DNA from: an uncultured beta proteobacterium
GTDB lineage: Bacteria > Pseudomonadota > Gammaproteobacteria > Burkholderiales > Casimicrobiaceae
DNA: 64,000 nucleotides
Assembly: GCA_963819965.1 (NCBI GenBank)
Contig: CAWFYA010000002.1
Span: 639,108-703,107, forward strand
Direction: 5' to 3'
In this document: positions 45,818-58,017 of the stretch, in pieces
Position numbering within the stretch: the stretch's first letter is position 1
How the letters are laid out: each line of letters opens with the position of its first letter
Made by a program: the position numbers and the translations under genes
The notes under the pieces: generated by a model
What the model was told of the DNA's origin: nothing
Databases searched by the model: none
The model's input: the letters and a program-made list of their open reading frames with translations, nothing else

Positions 45818-46732
45818 CTAGGGGTCCTGGTTTCTTTGCTCGAGCAGTCCCGCTTGGCGCAGAGCGGAAAGCAGCGCGAGGCGCGCATCGTCGTCGAGAG
45901 GCACCAGCGGCGGTCGCACTGCGCGCCAATTCGGGTTGCCGGTCTGCTCCGCCAGGATGGCCTTGAATCCGGCCAGGAAGGGTTGGCGAAACGCGATCTC
46001 GATGAACGTGGTCACGCGCTCCTCGTCCGTTGTCGTGACCGACGCAGAAAACAACGCGCGGACCAGGGCCGGAAAGAGGTTGGCCACACCGCAGATGGTG
46101 CCCGCGCCACCCGCGCGCAGAAGCCGGGGCAGGTGCGGCTCATGACCGACCAGTATGGCAAGTTGCGGTACGCGCGCGAGCAGCGCCTGGGTGTTCGACC
46201 AGTCGCCGGCACTGTCCTTCACACCCGCGATGATGCCGGGAAAGGCGTTGGCCAGGCGCGCGACCAGGTCCACCGAGAGCGGCGTGCCTGTCACCTGGGG
46301 AATGTGGTAGAGGTAGATCCGCAATCGCGGATCCGCGACGGCCTCGATGACACGCGAATACCACGCATAAAGTCCCTCGTCGGCAACATCCTTCCAGAAG
46401 AAGGGTGGCAGCACGAGGCAGGCGGCGCAATGCGATTGCACGCCGTGCCGCGTCAGCGTGATGGTCTCCGGCAGCGCAGCGCATCCGGTCGCGGCAACGA
46501 GACGCACGCCGGGGATTCCCCCCGCCAGCAGCGCATCGATGCCCGCAGCCCGCTCCGCGACAGCAAACGACTGCCCTTCGCCCGTGGTGCCGAATGGCGC
46601 CACGCCATCGACCCCTTGCGCGAGCAACGATCGTGCGTGCGCGAGCAGCAGATCAGGGTCGACGTTCCCTGCCGCGTCGAGCGGCGTCAGCATCGCGCAC
46701 CACATACCCTTGACCGGCGCGGCAATTTGCAT
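45818..46732 (-). CDS. DHDPS/NAL family class I aldolase or dehydratase
   Basis: GTTGEG, YLYHIP, GVKDSAGD (Schiff-base Lys). Confidence 0.88.
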   Translation of the reverse strand: MQIAAPVKGMWCAMLTPLDAAGNVDPDLLLAHARSLLAQGVDGVAPFGTTGEGQSFAVAERAAGIDALLAGGIPGVRLVAATGCAALPETITLTRHGVQSHCAACLVLPPFFWKDVADEGLYAWYSRVIEAVADPRLRIYLYHIPQVTGTPLSVDLVARLANAFPGIIAGVKDSAGDWSNTQALLARVPQLAILVGHEPHLPRLLRAGGAGTICGVANLFPALVRALFSASVTTTDEERVTTFIEIAFRQPFLAGFKAILAEQTGNPNWRAVRPPLVPLDDDARLALLSALRQAGLLEQRNQDP

Positions 46733-46926
46733 ACTCTGGATCTCCTGGCGCGCAGGGGCGCGGTTCCGAGTGCTAACGATACCGTGCCGCGCCGGGGTGT
46801 CAACCGACGCTCAGCCATCCCGCCGAAAGTGCCGGCAAAATCTTGCGGACTTGCGACGATGACCGTCGAACTTGCTACCATGGTTGCCGAGGCAAATCCC
46901 GGCAGGCAGCGACCTGATTCGTTGGC

Positions 46927-47964
46927 GTGGCGATCCCCCCAGCCTTGCTCCCGCTGTTGCAGCGCCCCACGCCGGGATTCGGCGGGGCGCCGCTTGGCAA
47001 CCTGTTCCATGCGCTTGCGGACGACGACGCGATCGCGCTGATTAGACATGCCTATCGCGCGGGCGCGCGCTACTTTGACACCGCGCCGCACTACGGCCAG
47101 GGACTGTCCGAGCATCGCTTTGGCGCCGCGTTGCGCGACCTGCCGCGTGATTCGTTCCTGCTGTCCACGAAGGTCGGACGCCTGCTCACGCCCTCCAATG
47201 ACGCGCCGACTGCACAGCACGGCTATGTCGATGTGCTGCCCTTCACCCAGCATTACGACTATTCCGGCCCCGGTGTCCTGCGGTCCCTCGAGGACAGCCT
47301 GCGACGAATGGGCCTCTCGCGCATCGATTTCGTGTACGTCCATGACATCGACGTCGCGACGCACGGCGCAGCCTTTGCGCGACGTTTCAACGACATGCTG
47401 GACGGCGCGCTGCCCGTACTGGCGCGACTGAAGGCAGAAGGAACCATTGCGGGCTATGGCGTAGGAGTCAATGATGTCGACAGCTGCCTCGCGACGTTGC
47501 GCCACGCCGACCTCGATGTCATCCTGTTGGCAGGTCGCTACACGCTGGCGGATCAAACGGCGCTACCCGAATTGCTCCCCGAATGCGTGCGGCGGGGGGT
47601 CGCGATAGTCTTGGGCGGTCCCTTCAATTCCGGCATCTTGGCGACCGGCTTGCGTCCGCGCGACGGCACCGTGCCCTACTTCAACTACGCCCCCGCCAGC
47701 GCGCAAATGGTGGCGCATGTTGCGGCCATCGAACGCGTCTGCATCGAATTCGGCGTGCCAATGCCGGCCGCGGCCCTGCAGTTCCCGTCCGCGCATCCCG
47801 CCGTGGTCTGTGTTCTGGCCGGCGCGCGATCACGCGCGGAGTTCGACGATAATGCTGCCATGGCGAAGCTGCCGATACCGGACGCTTTCTGGCGAGCGCT
47901 GCGCGATCGGTCGCTGGTCGACGTCTCCGCGCCGCTGCCCGTGGCGGGCGAGCAGGGACCGTAA
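46927..47964 (+). CDS. Aldo/keto reductase (aldose 1-dehydrogenase type)
   Basis: GFGGAPLGNL, FDTAPHYGQGLSE, LSTKVGR, VYVHD, LLAGRYTL, GGPFNSG. Confidence 0.88.
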   Translation: MAIPPALLPLLQRPTPGFGGAPLGNLFHALADDDAIALIRHAYRAGARYFDTAPHYGQGLSEHRFGAALRDLPRDSFLLSTKVGRLLTPSNDAPTAQHGYVDVLPFTQHYDYSGPGVLRSLEDSLRRMGLSRIDFVYVHDIDVATHGAAFARRFNDMLDGALPVLARLKAEGTIAGYGVGVNDVDSCLATLRHADLDVILLAGRYTLADQTALPELLPECVRRGVAIVLGGPFNSGILATGLRPRDGTVPYFNYAPASAQMVAHVAAIERVCIEFGVPMPAAALQFPSAHPAVVCVLAGARSRAEFDDNAAMAKLPIPDAFWRALRDRSLVDVSAPLPVAGEQGP

Positions 47965-48797
47965 TGACGGGCATCGTCGATGCGCACCATCATGTGTGGT
48001 CGCTCGCCCGGGGCGACTATGGCTGGCTGACGCCCGCACAGGAGGCGCTGTACCGTGATTTCACGCTGGCGGATTTGCGGCCGCTGATGCAAGCCGCAAG
48101 AATCACCACGTCGGTGCTCGTGCAGGCTGCGCCGACGATGGCGGAAACCCAGTTTCTGCTCAAGGTGGCCAAGGACAGCAAGGGGCTCGTCAAGGGGGTG
48201 GTCGGGTGGGTCGACCTGGCCGATGCCGGCGCCATCCCCGCCTTGACCAGGCTGGCGCGCGATCCGCTGCTGAAATCGATCCGGCCGATGCTGCAGGACC
48301 TCCCGGATCCGACGTGGATTCTTCGCGCGGATGTCGGGCGGGCGCTGTCCGCGATGCCGCGACTCGGCTTGCGCTTCGACGCGCTGGTCACGCCCGCGCA
48401 GCTGCCGGTGCTGCTGTCCATGCTCGACCGTCACCCCGACCTGGCCGTGGTCATCGATCATGGCGCCAAGCCGGACATCGCCAAATCCATGTGGGACCCG
48501 TGGGCACGTTCGATGCGCGCCGCGGCCGCCAATCCGCGGGTGCGCTGCAAGCTTAGCGGACTGGCGACGGAAGCCGGACCAAACTGGACCATCGATACGC
48601 TGCGCCCCTATTTCGAACATTTGCTCGATTGCTTCGGCGCGCAGCGGCTGATGTGGGGCAGCGACTGGCCGGTGGTCAACCTGGCCGGGTCGTACCAGCG
48701 CTGGTTTGCCGCGACCAAGGCACTGGTGGCCGGATTGACGCCGCAGGAGCGCAACGCGATCATGGGCGGAACCGCGCGGAAGTTTTACGGGCTCTGA
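47964..48797 (+). CDS. Amidohydrolase-family sugar lactonase (L-fuconolactonase-like)
   Basis: DAHHHVW, VIDHGAKP, CKLSGL, WGSDWPV; 1-bp overlap with the AKR gene. Confidence 0.85.
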   Translation: MTGIVDAHHHVWSLARGDYGWLTPAQEALYRDFTLADLRPLMQAARITTSVLVQAAPTMAETQFLLKVAKDSKGLVKGVVGWVDLADAGAIPALTRLARDPLLKSIRPMLQDLPDPTWILRADVGRALSAMPRLGLRFDALVTPAQLPVLLSMLDRHPDLAVVIDHGAKPDIAKSMWDPWARSMRAAAANPRVRCKLSGLATEAGPNWTIDTLRPYFEHLLDCFGAQRLMWGSDWPVVNLAGSYQRWFAATKALVAGLTPQERNAIMGGTARKFYGL

Positions 48798-48810
48798 GCC
48801 GGGTCCCGGG

Positions 48811-49884
48811 TTGGCAACCACGTCCAAAATTCTCGCTGCCGGCGCGTCGTTCACGCGCTCCTTGGTCGTTGGCTTGGCAATCCTGATGGCGCTTTCTGGA
48901 AACGCGCTCGCGGGCAACTGCAAGCTTGCGCGCCTCGCCGAGTGGCCGGTTCGCATCGCGCAGGGCCACCTGTTCGTCGATGGCTCGATCAACGGGCGGA
49001 AAATCGCGATCATGCTGGACACCGGCGCCAGTACGACGCTGGTGCTGCGACCCGCCGCGGAACGCCTTGGGCTGACGCTGCGCCCGGTCCACTCGCTTCG
49101 CATGTTCGGCGTCGGTGGTGAGACCAGCGTCGACTACACAACCATCGACGAATTCCGTGTCGGCGACGCTGTGCGCCAGAACTGGAGAATCTACGTGGCC
49201 GGCAACCGGGACTTCGGTGCCGACATGTTGATGGGCGAGGATTTCTTCCGCGCCGTCGATGTCGAATTCGATCTGGCCCACGGCATGGTTCGCCTGTTCC
49301 AGGCCAAGGATTGTGAAGGTGTCGCGCTCGCCTATTGGGCGAAGGAACGCGTAGGCGAAGCCGAGTTCGACCCGATCGACGTTGCGCGGCCCCAGATCGT
49401 CGTGCCCGTGAAACTCGGCGACGAGCCGCTGCGGGCGCATTTCGATTCAGGCGCCAACATGTCCGTCGTAGAGAAGTCCGTGGCCGCGCATCTGGGCGTC
49501 GAGCCGGATTCACCTGGTGTCGTTCGGGCGGGCAAGGGTGTGGGACTCGGCAACTTCGCCGTGGACACGTGGATCGGCTCCTTCAAGTCGTTCACGATCG
49601 GCAACGAAACCATCAACGGGATCGAGCTGCGCTTCGCGCCCTTTCAGAAGGATGCGATCTATACCGAGACCGGCAGCAACGTGCCGACCAAGGTGCCGAC
49701 GACCAGCTCGATGCTGCTGGGGCTCGACTTCATCCGCGCGCATCGTGTGCTGGTGGCGCATAGCCAGAACCGGCTGTATTTCACCTATGACGGCGGTCCG
49801 GTGTTCGAGGAGGGGCGGCGGAAAGCGCCGCCTGTCGATCCGGACGCGGACGAGAAGGCCTCGCCGCCGGCGACCACTCGCTGA
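48811..49884 (+). CDS. Exported two-domain retropepsin-like aspartyl protease
   Basis: LDTGA and FDSGA motifs, each followed by LMG/LLG; N-terminal hydrophobic signal; TTG start. Confidence 0.85.
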   Translation: MATTSKILAAGASFTRSLVVGLAILMALSGNALAGNCKLARLAEWPVRIAQGHLFVDGSINGRKIAIMLDTGASTTLVLRPAAERLGLTLRPVHSLRMFGVGGETSVDYTTIDEFRVGDAVRQNWRIYVAGNRDFGADMLMGEDFFRAVDVEFDLAHGMVRLFQAKDCEGVALAYWAKERVGEAEFDPIDVARPQIVVPVKLGDEPLRAHFDSGANMSVVEKSVAAHLGVEPDSPGVVRAGKGVGLGNFAVDTWIGSFKSFTIGNETINGIELRFAPFQKDAIYTETGSNVPTKVPTTSSMLLGLDFIRAHRVLVAHSQNRLYFTYDGGPVFEEGRRKAPPVDPDADEKASPPATTR

Positions 49885-49953
49885 CGCCACACGCAATCGG
49901 CTCGTTCCCACCGGGTTGCCGCAACGCGTTTGCGTCCATGGTGTGACAAGGCC

Positions 49954-50781
49954 CTAATAGATATGCCGCGACAGCTGCGCCTTGTGCAGTATCGTCGTCG
50001 CGATTTCCTCGATCGACTTCGACGAGGTGTCCAGCGTCGTGATGTTCTCCCGGTGCATCATCGCCTCGGCCTCGCGCACTTCGTAGCGACAGGTTTCGAG
50101 CGCGGCGTACTTGCTGCCCGGGCGGCGCTCCTCGCGTATCTCACGCAGACGCTCGGGGTGAATGGTCAGGCCGAACAGCTTGTCGCGAAACGGCAGCACC
50201 GAGGCGGGCAGTTTCTTGTCGGCAAAATCGTCCGGCGTCAGCGGAAAGTTCGCCGCGCGCACGCCGAATTGCAACGCCAGGTAGAGCGAGGTCGGCGTCT
50301 TGCCGCAACGCGAAACGCCGACGAGGATCACCTGGGCCTTGCTCAGGTCGCGCGTCGTGGCGCCATCGTCGTGCGCCTGGGTGAAATTGATGGCTTCCAT
50401 GCGCGCGAAATATTCGTGGCTGTTGGCGATGCCGTGGGTGCGTCCGGCGGCATGCGAGCTCTTGGCCCCCAGCTCGGCTTCCAGCGGAGCGATGAAGATC
50501 TGGAACATGTCGAGCGTAAATGCATTGGCGTCGCGCCGGATGATCTCGCTCATCGCGTCGTCGACGACCGAACTGATCACGATCGGGCGTCGGCCCTCGC
50601 GCTCGGCCGTGGCGTTGACCTGGCGGATGGCGTCGCCGACCTTCTCGAGCGAATCGACGAACGGGATCGTCACGCGGGTGAACGAAAAGTCCTCGAACTG
50701 CGTGAGCAGGCTGTTGCCCAGCATCTCCGCGGTGATGCCGGTACGGTCGGACAGAAAAAAGACGGTGCGCCGGTCAGGCAT
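49954..50781 (-). CDS. ppsR: PEP synthase regulatory protein (kinase/pyrophosphorylase, DUF299)
   Basis: FFLSDRTGITAE, GVSRCGKTPTSLYLA, SIEEIA. Confidence 0.93.
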   Translation of the reverse strand: MPDRRTVFFLSDRTGITAEMLGNSLLTQFEDFSFTRVTIPFVDSLEKVGDAIRQVNATAEREGRRPIVISSVVDDAMSEIIRRDANAFTLDMFQIFIAPLEAELGAKSSHAAGRTHGIANSHEYFARMEAINFTQAHDDGATTRDLSKAQVILVGVSRCGKTPTSLYLALQFGVRAANFPLTPDDFADKKLPASVLPFRDKLFGLTIHPERLREIREERRPGSKYAALETCRYEVREAEAMMHRENITTLDTSSKSIEEIATTILHKAQLSRHIY

Positions 50782-52030
50782 TCGATTGCTCTGCGGCCGG
50801 GCGTGGGGCGCGAGGGCGGGTGACGCGCGTTGCGGCGATCATCGCAATCGCCACCAGCGCGGCGGCGAGCAGGAACGGCGCGCCCGGAAGATGAATGGCC
50901 GCGCCGGGACGAATGGCGAGCGCAAAGGTCTGCGTAAAGAGAAGCGGACCGATCAATCCGGCAACACCCTGGAGGCTCGCCAGCGCGCCCTGCAGCTTGC
51001 CTTGATCCGACGCGCCAATTTCGCGCGTCATCAGGCCCTGCATCGAGGGCCCGGCCAGGCCTCCAAGTGCCACCAGCGGTACGCCGGCCATGAACCAGAG
51101 GCCGGTAGGTGCGAGCCCGTAAAGCACGAAACCGGCGACGCCGAACAGGAGGCCGGCGAGCAGCGTTTGCCGCTCGCCCAGGCGCTTCACCGTCATGCCG
51201 ACCAGACCCCCGGACACGACGACCTGGGCCAGGCCGACCGCCGCCAGCGCCAGGCCCACTGTCGCCGCGCCCCACTGGTACCGATAGTCCGTGTAGAGAA
51301 CGAAAACTCGCGGCAGTGCATCGTGGGCAACGCGTTCCAGGAACATCGCGGCAGACAGACCCATGAGAACCGGCTTGGCCCGCAGCAAGCGAAGCGCGCC
51401 GACCGGGTTGGCCATGCGCCAGTGGAACGGCGCGCGGCGTTCCGGCGGCAACGATTCCGGAAGCACGAAGAATCCGTACAGGGCGTTGGCGAAACTCAAC
51501 CCAGCAGCAACCCAGAACGGCAGCCGCAGATCCACGGCGCCCAGCACGCCACCCAGCGCCGGCCCGATCACGAAACCGAAACCAAACGCCGCGCCAAGCA
51601 TGCCGAATTGCGCGGCGCGCTTGTCCGGCGGCGTGATATCCGAGATGTACGCGCCTGCCGTCGCAAAGCTGGCGGAGGAGATGCCGGACAACAGACGTCC
51701 GGCAAACAGGAACCACAGCGACGGGGCCAGCGCCATCACGACGTAGTCGAGGCCCATGCCGACGTTGGAGAGGACGATCACCGGTCGCCGGCCGAAACGA
51801 TCGGAAAGCGCGCCCAGGACCGGCGCAAACACGAATTGCATGCCGGCCCATGCGAAGCCAAACCACCCGGCGACCTTCGCGGCGCTGGCGATGTCGCCGC
51901 CCATGAATTCGATGATCAGCTTGGGCAGCACCGGTACCATCACGCCGAGCGCCAGCATGTCGAGCAATACGGTGACGAGGACGAACGCAAATGCGGCTCG
52001 CCCGTGTTCGGGAGGCATTGCCAACTTCAT
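50774..52030 (-). CDS. TCR/Tet family MFS transporter
   Basis: LSDRFGRRPV (motif A), GFVIGPALGG, LPESL, about 12 TM; start may be Met 52018. Confidence 0.88.
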   Translation of the reverse strand: MKLAMPPEHGRAAFAFVLVTVLLDMLALGVMVPVLPKLIIEFMGGDIASAAKVAGWFGFAWAGMQFVFAPVLGALSDRFGRRPVIVLSNVGMGLDYVVMALAPSLWFLFAGRLLSGISSASFATAGAYISDITPPDKRAAQFGMLGAAFGFGFVIGPALGGVLGAVDLRLPFWVAAGLSFANALYGFFVLPESLPPERRAPFHWRMANPVGALRLLRAKPVLMGLSAAMFLERVAHDALPRVFVLYTDYRYQWGAATVGLALAAVGLAQVVVSGGLVGMTVKRLGERQTLLAGLLFGVAGFVLYGLAPTGLWFMAGVPLVALGGLAGPSMQGLMTREIGASDQGKLQGALASLQGVAGLIGPLLFTQTFALAIRPGAAIHLPGAPFLLAAALVAIAMIAATRVTRPRAPRPAAEQSNA

Positions 52031-52091
52031 CTTCTCATCCGAGGCGCGGAAGCAGGCGTACGCGCATCACCAATGCGCTCGCCAGCGCCGC

Positions 52092-52922
52092 CTACCACCG
52101 GGACCAAATGGGCGTAACGCCAGCAGGCATCTCTGGCAGGTCGCCCAAGTCCATCCACCCCTCACCGGGGCCGTGGTAGTCGGAGCCGCACGACGCCGCC
52201 AATCCGAACACGCGCGCATAGGTGCTGTATTCCGCGAATTGCGCAGGCGTGTGCGACGGCGAAAGCACTTCGATACCGTCGCCACCGGCGTCGCGAAACT
52301 CTTCCAGCAGGCGCCGCATCGCGGTCGGCGAGATCTTGTAGCGTCCGGGATGGGCGATCACCGCGACGCCGCCGGCGTCGTGAATCCAACGGACCGCGTC
52401 GGGCAACGTCGCCCATGCGTGCTTGACGTAGCCGGGCTTGCCCGGCACCAGGAAGCGCTTGAAGACGTCGCCCGTATCCCGGGCGTGGCCGCCTTCCACC
52501 AAATAACGCGCGAAATGGGTGCGGGAAATGAGGCTGTCGTTGGTGACGTAACTGCGCGCGCCCTCGTAGGCGCCGGGAATGCCGGCTTCAGCCAATCCTG
52601 TCGCCATCAGTCTTGCGCGATTGTCCCTGCCGGAGCGGATGCTCTCGAGTCCAGCCTGCAGCGCCGTATTTCCCGCGTCGATGTTGAGGCCGAGGATGTG
52701 CAGGGTGTGCGATTCCCAACTCACCGACAACTCGGCGCCGGGAATGAATTCGATGGCTACGTCGCGCGCCGTCGCCGTCGCTTCGGCGAGTCCGCCGGTG
52801 TCGTCGTGATCGGTCAGCGAATACACGTCCACGCCGCGCTGCGCGGCACGGCGCACGACGGCGTCCGGCGTAAGCAGGCCATCCGAGTAGGTCGAATGAC
52901 TGTGGAGATCGTAGCGGCGCAT
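52092..52922 (-). CDS. PHP-domain phosphatase (YciV/TrpH-like)
   Basis: DLHSHSTYSDG, LTDHD, HILG, IAHPGRY, GSDYHG. Confidence 0.9.
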   Translation of the reverse strand: MRRYDLHSHSTYSDGLLTPDAVVRRAAQRGVDVYSLTDHDDTGGLAEATATARDVAIEFIPGAELSVSWESHTLHILGLNIDAGNTALQAGLESIRSGRDNRARLMATGLAEAGIPGAYEGARSYVTNDSLISRTHFARYLVEGGHARDTGDVFKRFLVPGKPGYVKHAWATLPDAVRWIHDAGGVAVIAHPGRYKISPTAMRRLLEEFRDAGGDGIEVLSPSHTPAQFAEYSTYARVFGLAASCGSDYHGPGEGWMDLGDLPEMPAGVTPIWSRW

Positions 52923-53012
52923 GCGGGCCTGTTAAGGAGGTGGCTTGAATGCCGGTAGCGTTGCCGTAGCTTAGCGCACCGGAATCGCGGAACGAGGACA
53001 CAAAACTTGAGT

Positions 53013-53025
53013 TAAGTCATTGATT
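53013..53025 (-). promoter_or_regulatory. IHF consensus site in divergent promoter region
   Basis: AATCAATGACTTA matches WATCAANNNNTTR exactly. Confidence 0.5.
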
Positions 53026-53106
53026 CTAGCAGAATAGAGGGTTTCCCGTTCCCTACGTCGCGCATTCGCGCCGGCGGGTCGCGTTAGAACCCGACCTTGG
53101 TACCCC

Positions 53107-54726
<1,620 letters not shown>

Positions 54727-54912
54727 ACTGGGGCCCGGTTCGCTCCCCGGTGGCGGCGCGACCACAAGTTACGGGCGTTTGGCGCCGTTTGTCCGGATTC
54801 TCTTGCGCAATTGCATGACTTCTGTCAGAAATATGCCATTGGTATAGCGTCGCGGACGTTTATAGGTCACACTGCGGCGTCAGCACTCAACGCGCATAAA
54901 GGTCTGCGACCC

Positions 54913-55327
54913 GTGAAACTCCTCGACCGCGTCCTAAATCCCCGCGAAATCCGGCGGCGCCTCGGCATGAACCAGGAGCAGTTCTGGACACAGATCGGCG
55001 TCACCCAGAGCGGTGGTTCTCGCTATGAAAGCGGGCGCGACATGCCGCGCCCTGTCAAGGAGTTGCTGCGGCTGGTGCACGTCGAGCAACTGGATCTTTC
55101 CCAGGTCAAGCGCGTGGACTTCGAGATCATCAGCTATCTCAAGGAATCGCATCCTGACCTGTATCGCACGCTTGCGCCGCGCGGTGAAGAGCCGGCACAA
55201 GCCCGCGCCGGACAGCAACATCAATCTGGGGGTGGGGGCGGGCATGGCGGACGCCGACCTCGCGAACGCGGATTTTCTCGAGCCGGAAGAGGCAATGACC
55301 ACGCCCGAAGGGCATCGCCCGGCATAG
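54913..55327 (+). pseudogene. XRE-type HTH DNA-binding protein with apparent +1 frameshift near 55172 (or sequencing error)
   Basis: LGMNQEQFWTQIGVTQSGGSRYESGR HTH. After LYRTL the natural continuation RRAVKS is one base out of frame (ACG CTT GCG vs ACG CTG CGC). As read, the ORF ends at 55362 inside the terminator. Confidence 0.65.
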
Positions 55328-55350
55328 CCACCGCCGTAGACGCCGTGCCG

Positions 55351-55374
55351 CGGCCGCCTTAGCGCGGCCGTTTT
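55351..55374 (+). terminator. Rho-independent terminator
   Basis: CGGCCGC/GCGGCCG stem followed by TTTT. Confidence 0.7.
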
Positions 55375-55538
55375 GCATTCCGGGTCCGCCAAGGAATCAC
55401 GTGAATGCGCTTGCGCACAGCAACATGCCGCGTCCGAAGCGCGCTCCAAGGTAAAATGTGATGCTTCAGCGAAGAAATGGCGCGCTGCAGCATGCCGCTG
55501 CGCCGTTTCCGGCGCAATGCAAAGACTGGAGCAATAGG

Positions 55539-57920
55539 ATGAGTGAGGCCCGGGTCGTTCCCTTCCAGCGTCTGCGCATGGCCGACGTCGAACAGGTCGG
55601 TGGCAAGAACGCGTCGCTGGGCGAGATGATCAGCCAGCTGGCGCATTTGGGCATTCGCGTTCCGGGCGGGTTTGCCACCACGGCATTTGCCTACCGGGAG
55701 TTCCTGCAGCACGAAGGTCTGGCCGGGCGCATCGCCGCGCGCCTTGGCTCCCTCGACACCGAAGACGTTGCCGCGCTTGCAAGGGCCGGCGCCGAAATTC
55801 GCGATTGGCTGGTGGCCGCGCCGCTGCCACCGGCGCTGGAGGCCGAAATACGGGATGCCTATGACGCGCTGACGGCGGAATCGCACGACGCGACTTTTGC
55901 CGTCCGATCCTCGGCGACCGCCGAAGATCTTCCGGACGCGTCTTTCGCTGGCCAGCAGGAAACATTCTTGAATATCAGTGGTATAGATAACATATTTCAT
56001 GCAATTAAGGAGGTGTTTGCATCGCTTTACAACGACCGTGCGATTGCCTACCGGGTACACAAGGGCTTTGCCCACGCCGACGTGGCTCTTTCCGCCGGCG
56101 TTCAGCGCATGGTGCGCAGTGACCTGGGGTCTGCGGGCGTCATGTTCACCATCGATACCGAATCCGGATTCGACAAGGTGGTGTTCATCACGTCGGCGTA
56201 CGGCCTGGGCGAAACGGTGGTGCAGGGCGCGGTGAATCCCGACGAGTTCTACGTCTACAAGCCCAATCTTGCCGCCAGGCGGCCAGCGATCCTGCGCAAG
56301 ACGCTGGGAACCAAGGCACTGCGCATGACCTTCGCGGATTCAACGCGGGCCGGCAAATCCACGGTCACGGGCGACGTTCCCGAGGTGGAACGGCTCAGCT
56401 TTTCCATCACGGACGACGAAGTTCAGGAGTTGGCGCGCTTCGCCGTGCTCATCGAGCAGCACTACGGCCGACCGATGGACATCGAGTGGGGACGGGACGG
56501 TCGGGACGGCAAGCTCTACATCTTGCAGGCACGGCCGGAGACGGTGAAGTCGCAGGAGGACGCGGCCGAGCGCCTTCGCCGCTATCGCCTGCGTGAAAAA
56601 TCCAGCGTGCTCGCCAGCGGGCGCGCCATCGGGCAGAAGATCGGGCAGGGCCAGGTGCGGCTCATCAAGTCGTCGGCCGAAATGGATCGCGTCAAGGCCG
56701 GCGACGTTCTGGTCACCGACATGACCGACCCGGATTGGGAACCGGTGATGAAGCGCGCCGCGGCCATTGTCACCAATCGCGGGGGCCGCACCTGTCACGC
56801 GGCGATCATTGCCCGTGAGCTGGGCATTCCCGCGGTCGTCGGCTGCGGCGACGCGACGAGCGTGCTTGCCGAAGGGGATGCGGTGACCGTCTCCTGCGCC
56901 GAAGGCGACACCGGCCACGTCTACACCGGCCTGCTGTCGATCGACGTCATCGACGTGCAACTGGACAGGATGCCGCCGTCGCCGACCAAGATCATGATGA
57001 ACGTCGGCAATCCGGAACTCGCCTTCGAGTTCCAGCGCCTGCCCAACGAAGGCGTCGGCCTGGCACGGCTGGAATTCATCATCGCCCGCAATGTCGGCAT
57101 CCATCCCAAGGCGCTGCTCGAGTTCGATCGCCAGCCGGGCGAACTGAAGCGTGAAATCGAAGGCCGCATCGGCGGCTACGCCAGTCCCACCGAGTTCTAC
57201 ATCCAGAAGATCGTCGAGGGTGTTGCGACCATCGCCGCCGCGTTCTTCCCCAAGAAGGTGATCGTGCGGCTGTCGGACTTCAAATCCAACGAGTACATGA
57301 ACCTGATTGGCGGCAAACGCTACGAGCCGCACGAGGAAAACCCGATGTTGGGATTCCGCGGCGCGTCGCGGTACATCGCGCCGGAGTTCAACGATTGTTT
57401 CATGCTCGAATGCGAGGCGATGAAGCGCGTGCGCGACGGCATGGGCCTCACCAATGTCGAATTGATGATCCCGTTCGTGCGCACGCTCACCGAGGCGGAA
57501 AAGGTGATCGGGTTGCTGGCCGAGAATGGCTTGAAGCGCGGCGACAACGGACTGCGCGTCATCATGATGTGCGAGTTGCCGTCCAATGCGGTGCTGGCCG
57601 AGCAATTTCTCGAGCACTTCGACGGGTTTTCCATCGGGTCCAACGACATGACGCAGCTCACCCTTGGCGTGGACCGCGATTCCGGCGGCGCGATCGCGAC
57701 GACGTTCGACGAGCGCGATGGCGCGGTGAAGGCGATGCTGTCGCTGGCCATCGCCGCGTGCCGCAAGCATGAGCGCTACTGCGGCATCTGCGGGCAGGGA
57801 CCTTCGGACCATCCCGACCTCGCGCAGTGGCTCGTCGAGCAGGGCATCGAGAGCATCTCGCTCAATCCCGACACCGTCGTGGAAACCTGGATAGCGCTCG
57901 CCGGCGGCAAGATCTCCTGA
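55539..57920 (+). CDS. ppsA: Phosphoenolpyruvate synthase
   Basis: [30 protein letters not shown] (phospho-His), [17 protein letters not shown]; start MSEARV. Confidence 0.97.
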   Translation: MSEARVVPFQRLRMADVEQVGGKNASLGEMISQLAHLGIRVPGGFATTAFAYREFLQHEGLAGRIAARLGSLDTEDVAALARAGAEIRDWLVAAPLPPALEAEIRDAYDALTAESHDATFAVRSSATAEDLPDASFAGQQETFLNISGIDNIFHAIKEVFASLYNDRAIAYRVHKGFAHADVALSAGVQRMVRSDLGSAGVMFTIDTESGFDKVVFITSAYGLGETVVQGAVNPDEFYVYKPNLAARRPAILRKTLGTKALRMTFADSTRAGKSTVTGDVPEVERLSFSITDDEVQELARFAVLIEQHYGRPMDIEWGRDGRDGKLYILQARPETVKSQEDAAERLRRYRLREKSSVLASGRAIGQKIGQGQVRLIKSSAEMDRVKAGDVLVTDMTDPDWEPVMKRAAAIVTNRGGRTCHAAIIARELGIPAVVGCGDATSVLAEGDAVTVSCAEGDTGHVYTGLLSIDVIDVQLDRMPPSPTKIMMNVGNPELAFEFQRLPNEGVGLARLEFIIARNVGIHPKALLEFDRQPGELKREIEGRIGGYASPTEFYIQKIVEGVATIAAAFFPKKVIVRLSDFKSNEYMNLIGGKRYEPHEENPMLGFRGASRYIAPEFNDCFMLECEAMKRVRDGMGLTNVELMIPFVRTLTEAEKVIGLLAENGLKRGDNGLRVIMMCELPSNAVLAEQFLEHFDGFSIGSNDMTQLTLGVDRDSGGAIATTFDERDGAVKAMLSLAIAACRKHERYCGICGQGPSDHPDLAQWLVEQGIESISLNPDTVVETWIALAGGKIS

Positions 57921-58017
57921 AGACCTTGGCGCGCTGCAAATTCGCTGGTGGCGTCCGCGGTTACGTACGCCTTCCGGTCGATGGCGGCCTCGGAGGCGGC
58001 GAGGTGAAATCGACAGT

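Noticed and set aside
50774-52030. tetA-type tetracycline resistance gene
   Set aside because: TCR/Tet MFS family only; no tetR or mobile context, and it is coupled to ppsR, so resistance cannot be claimed.
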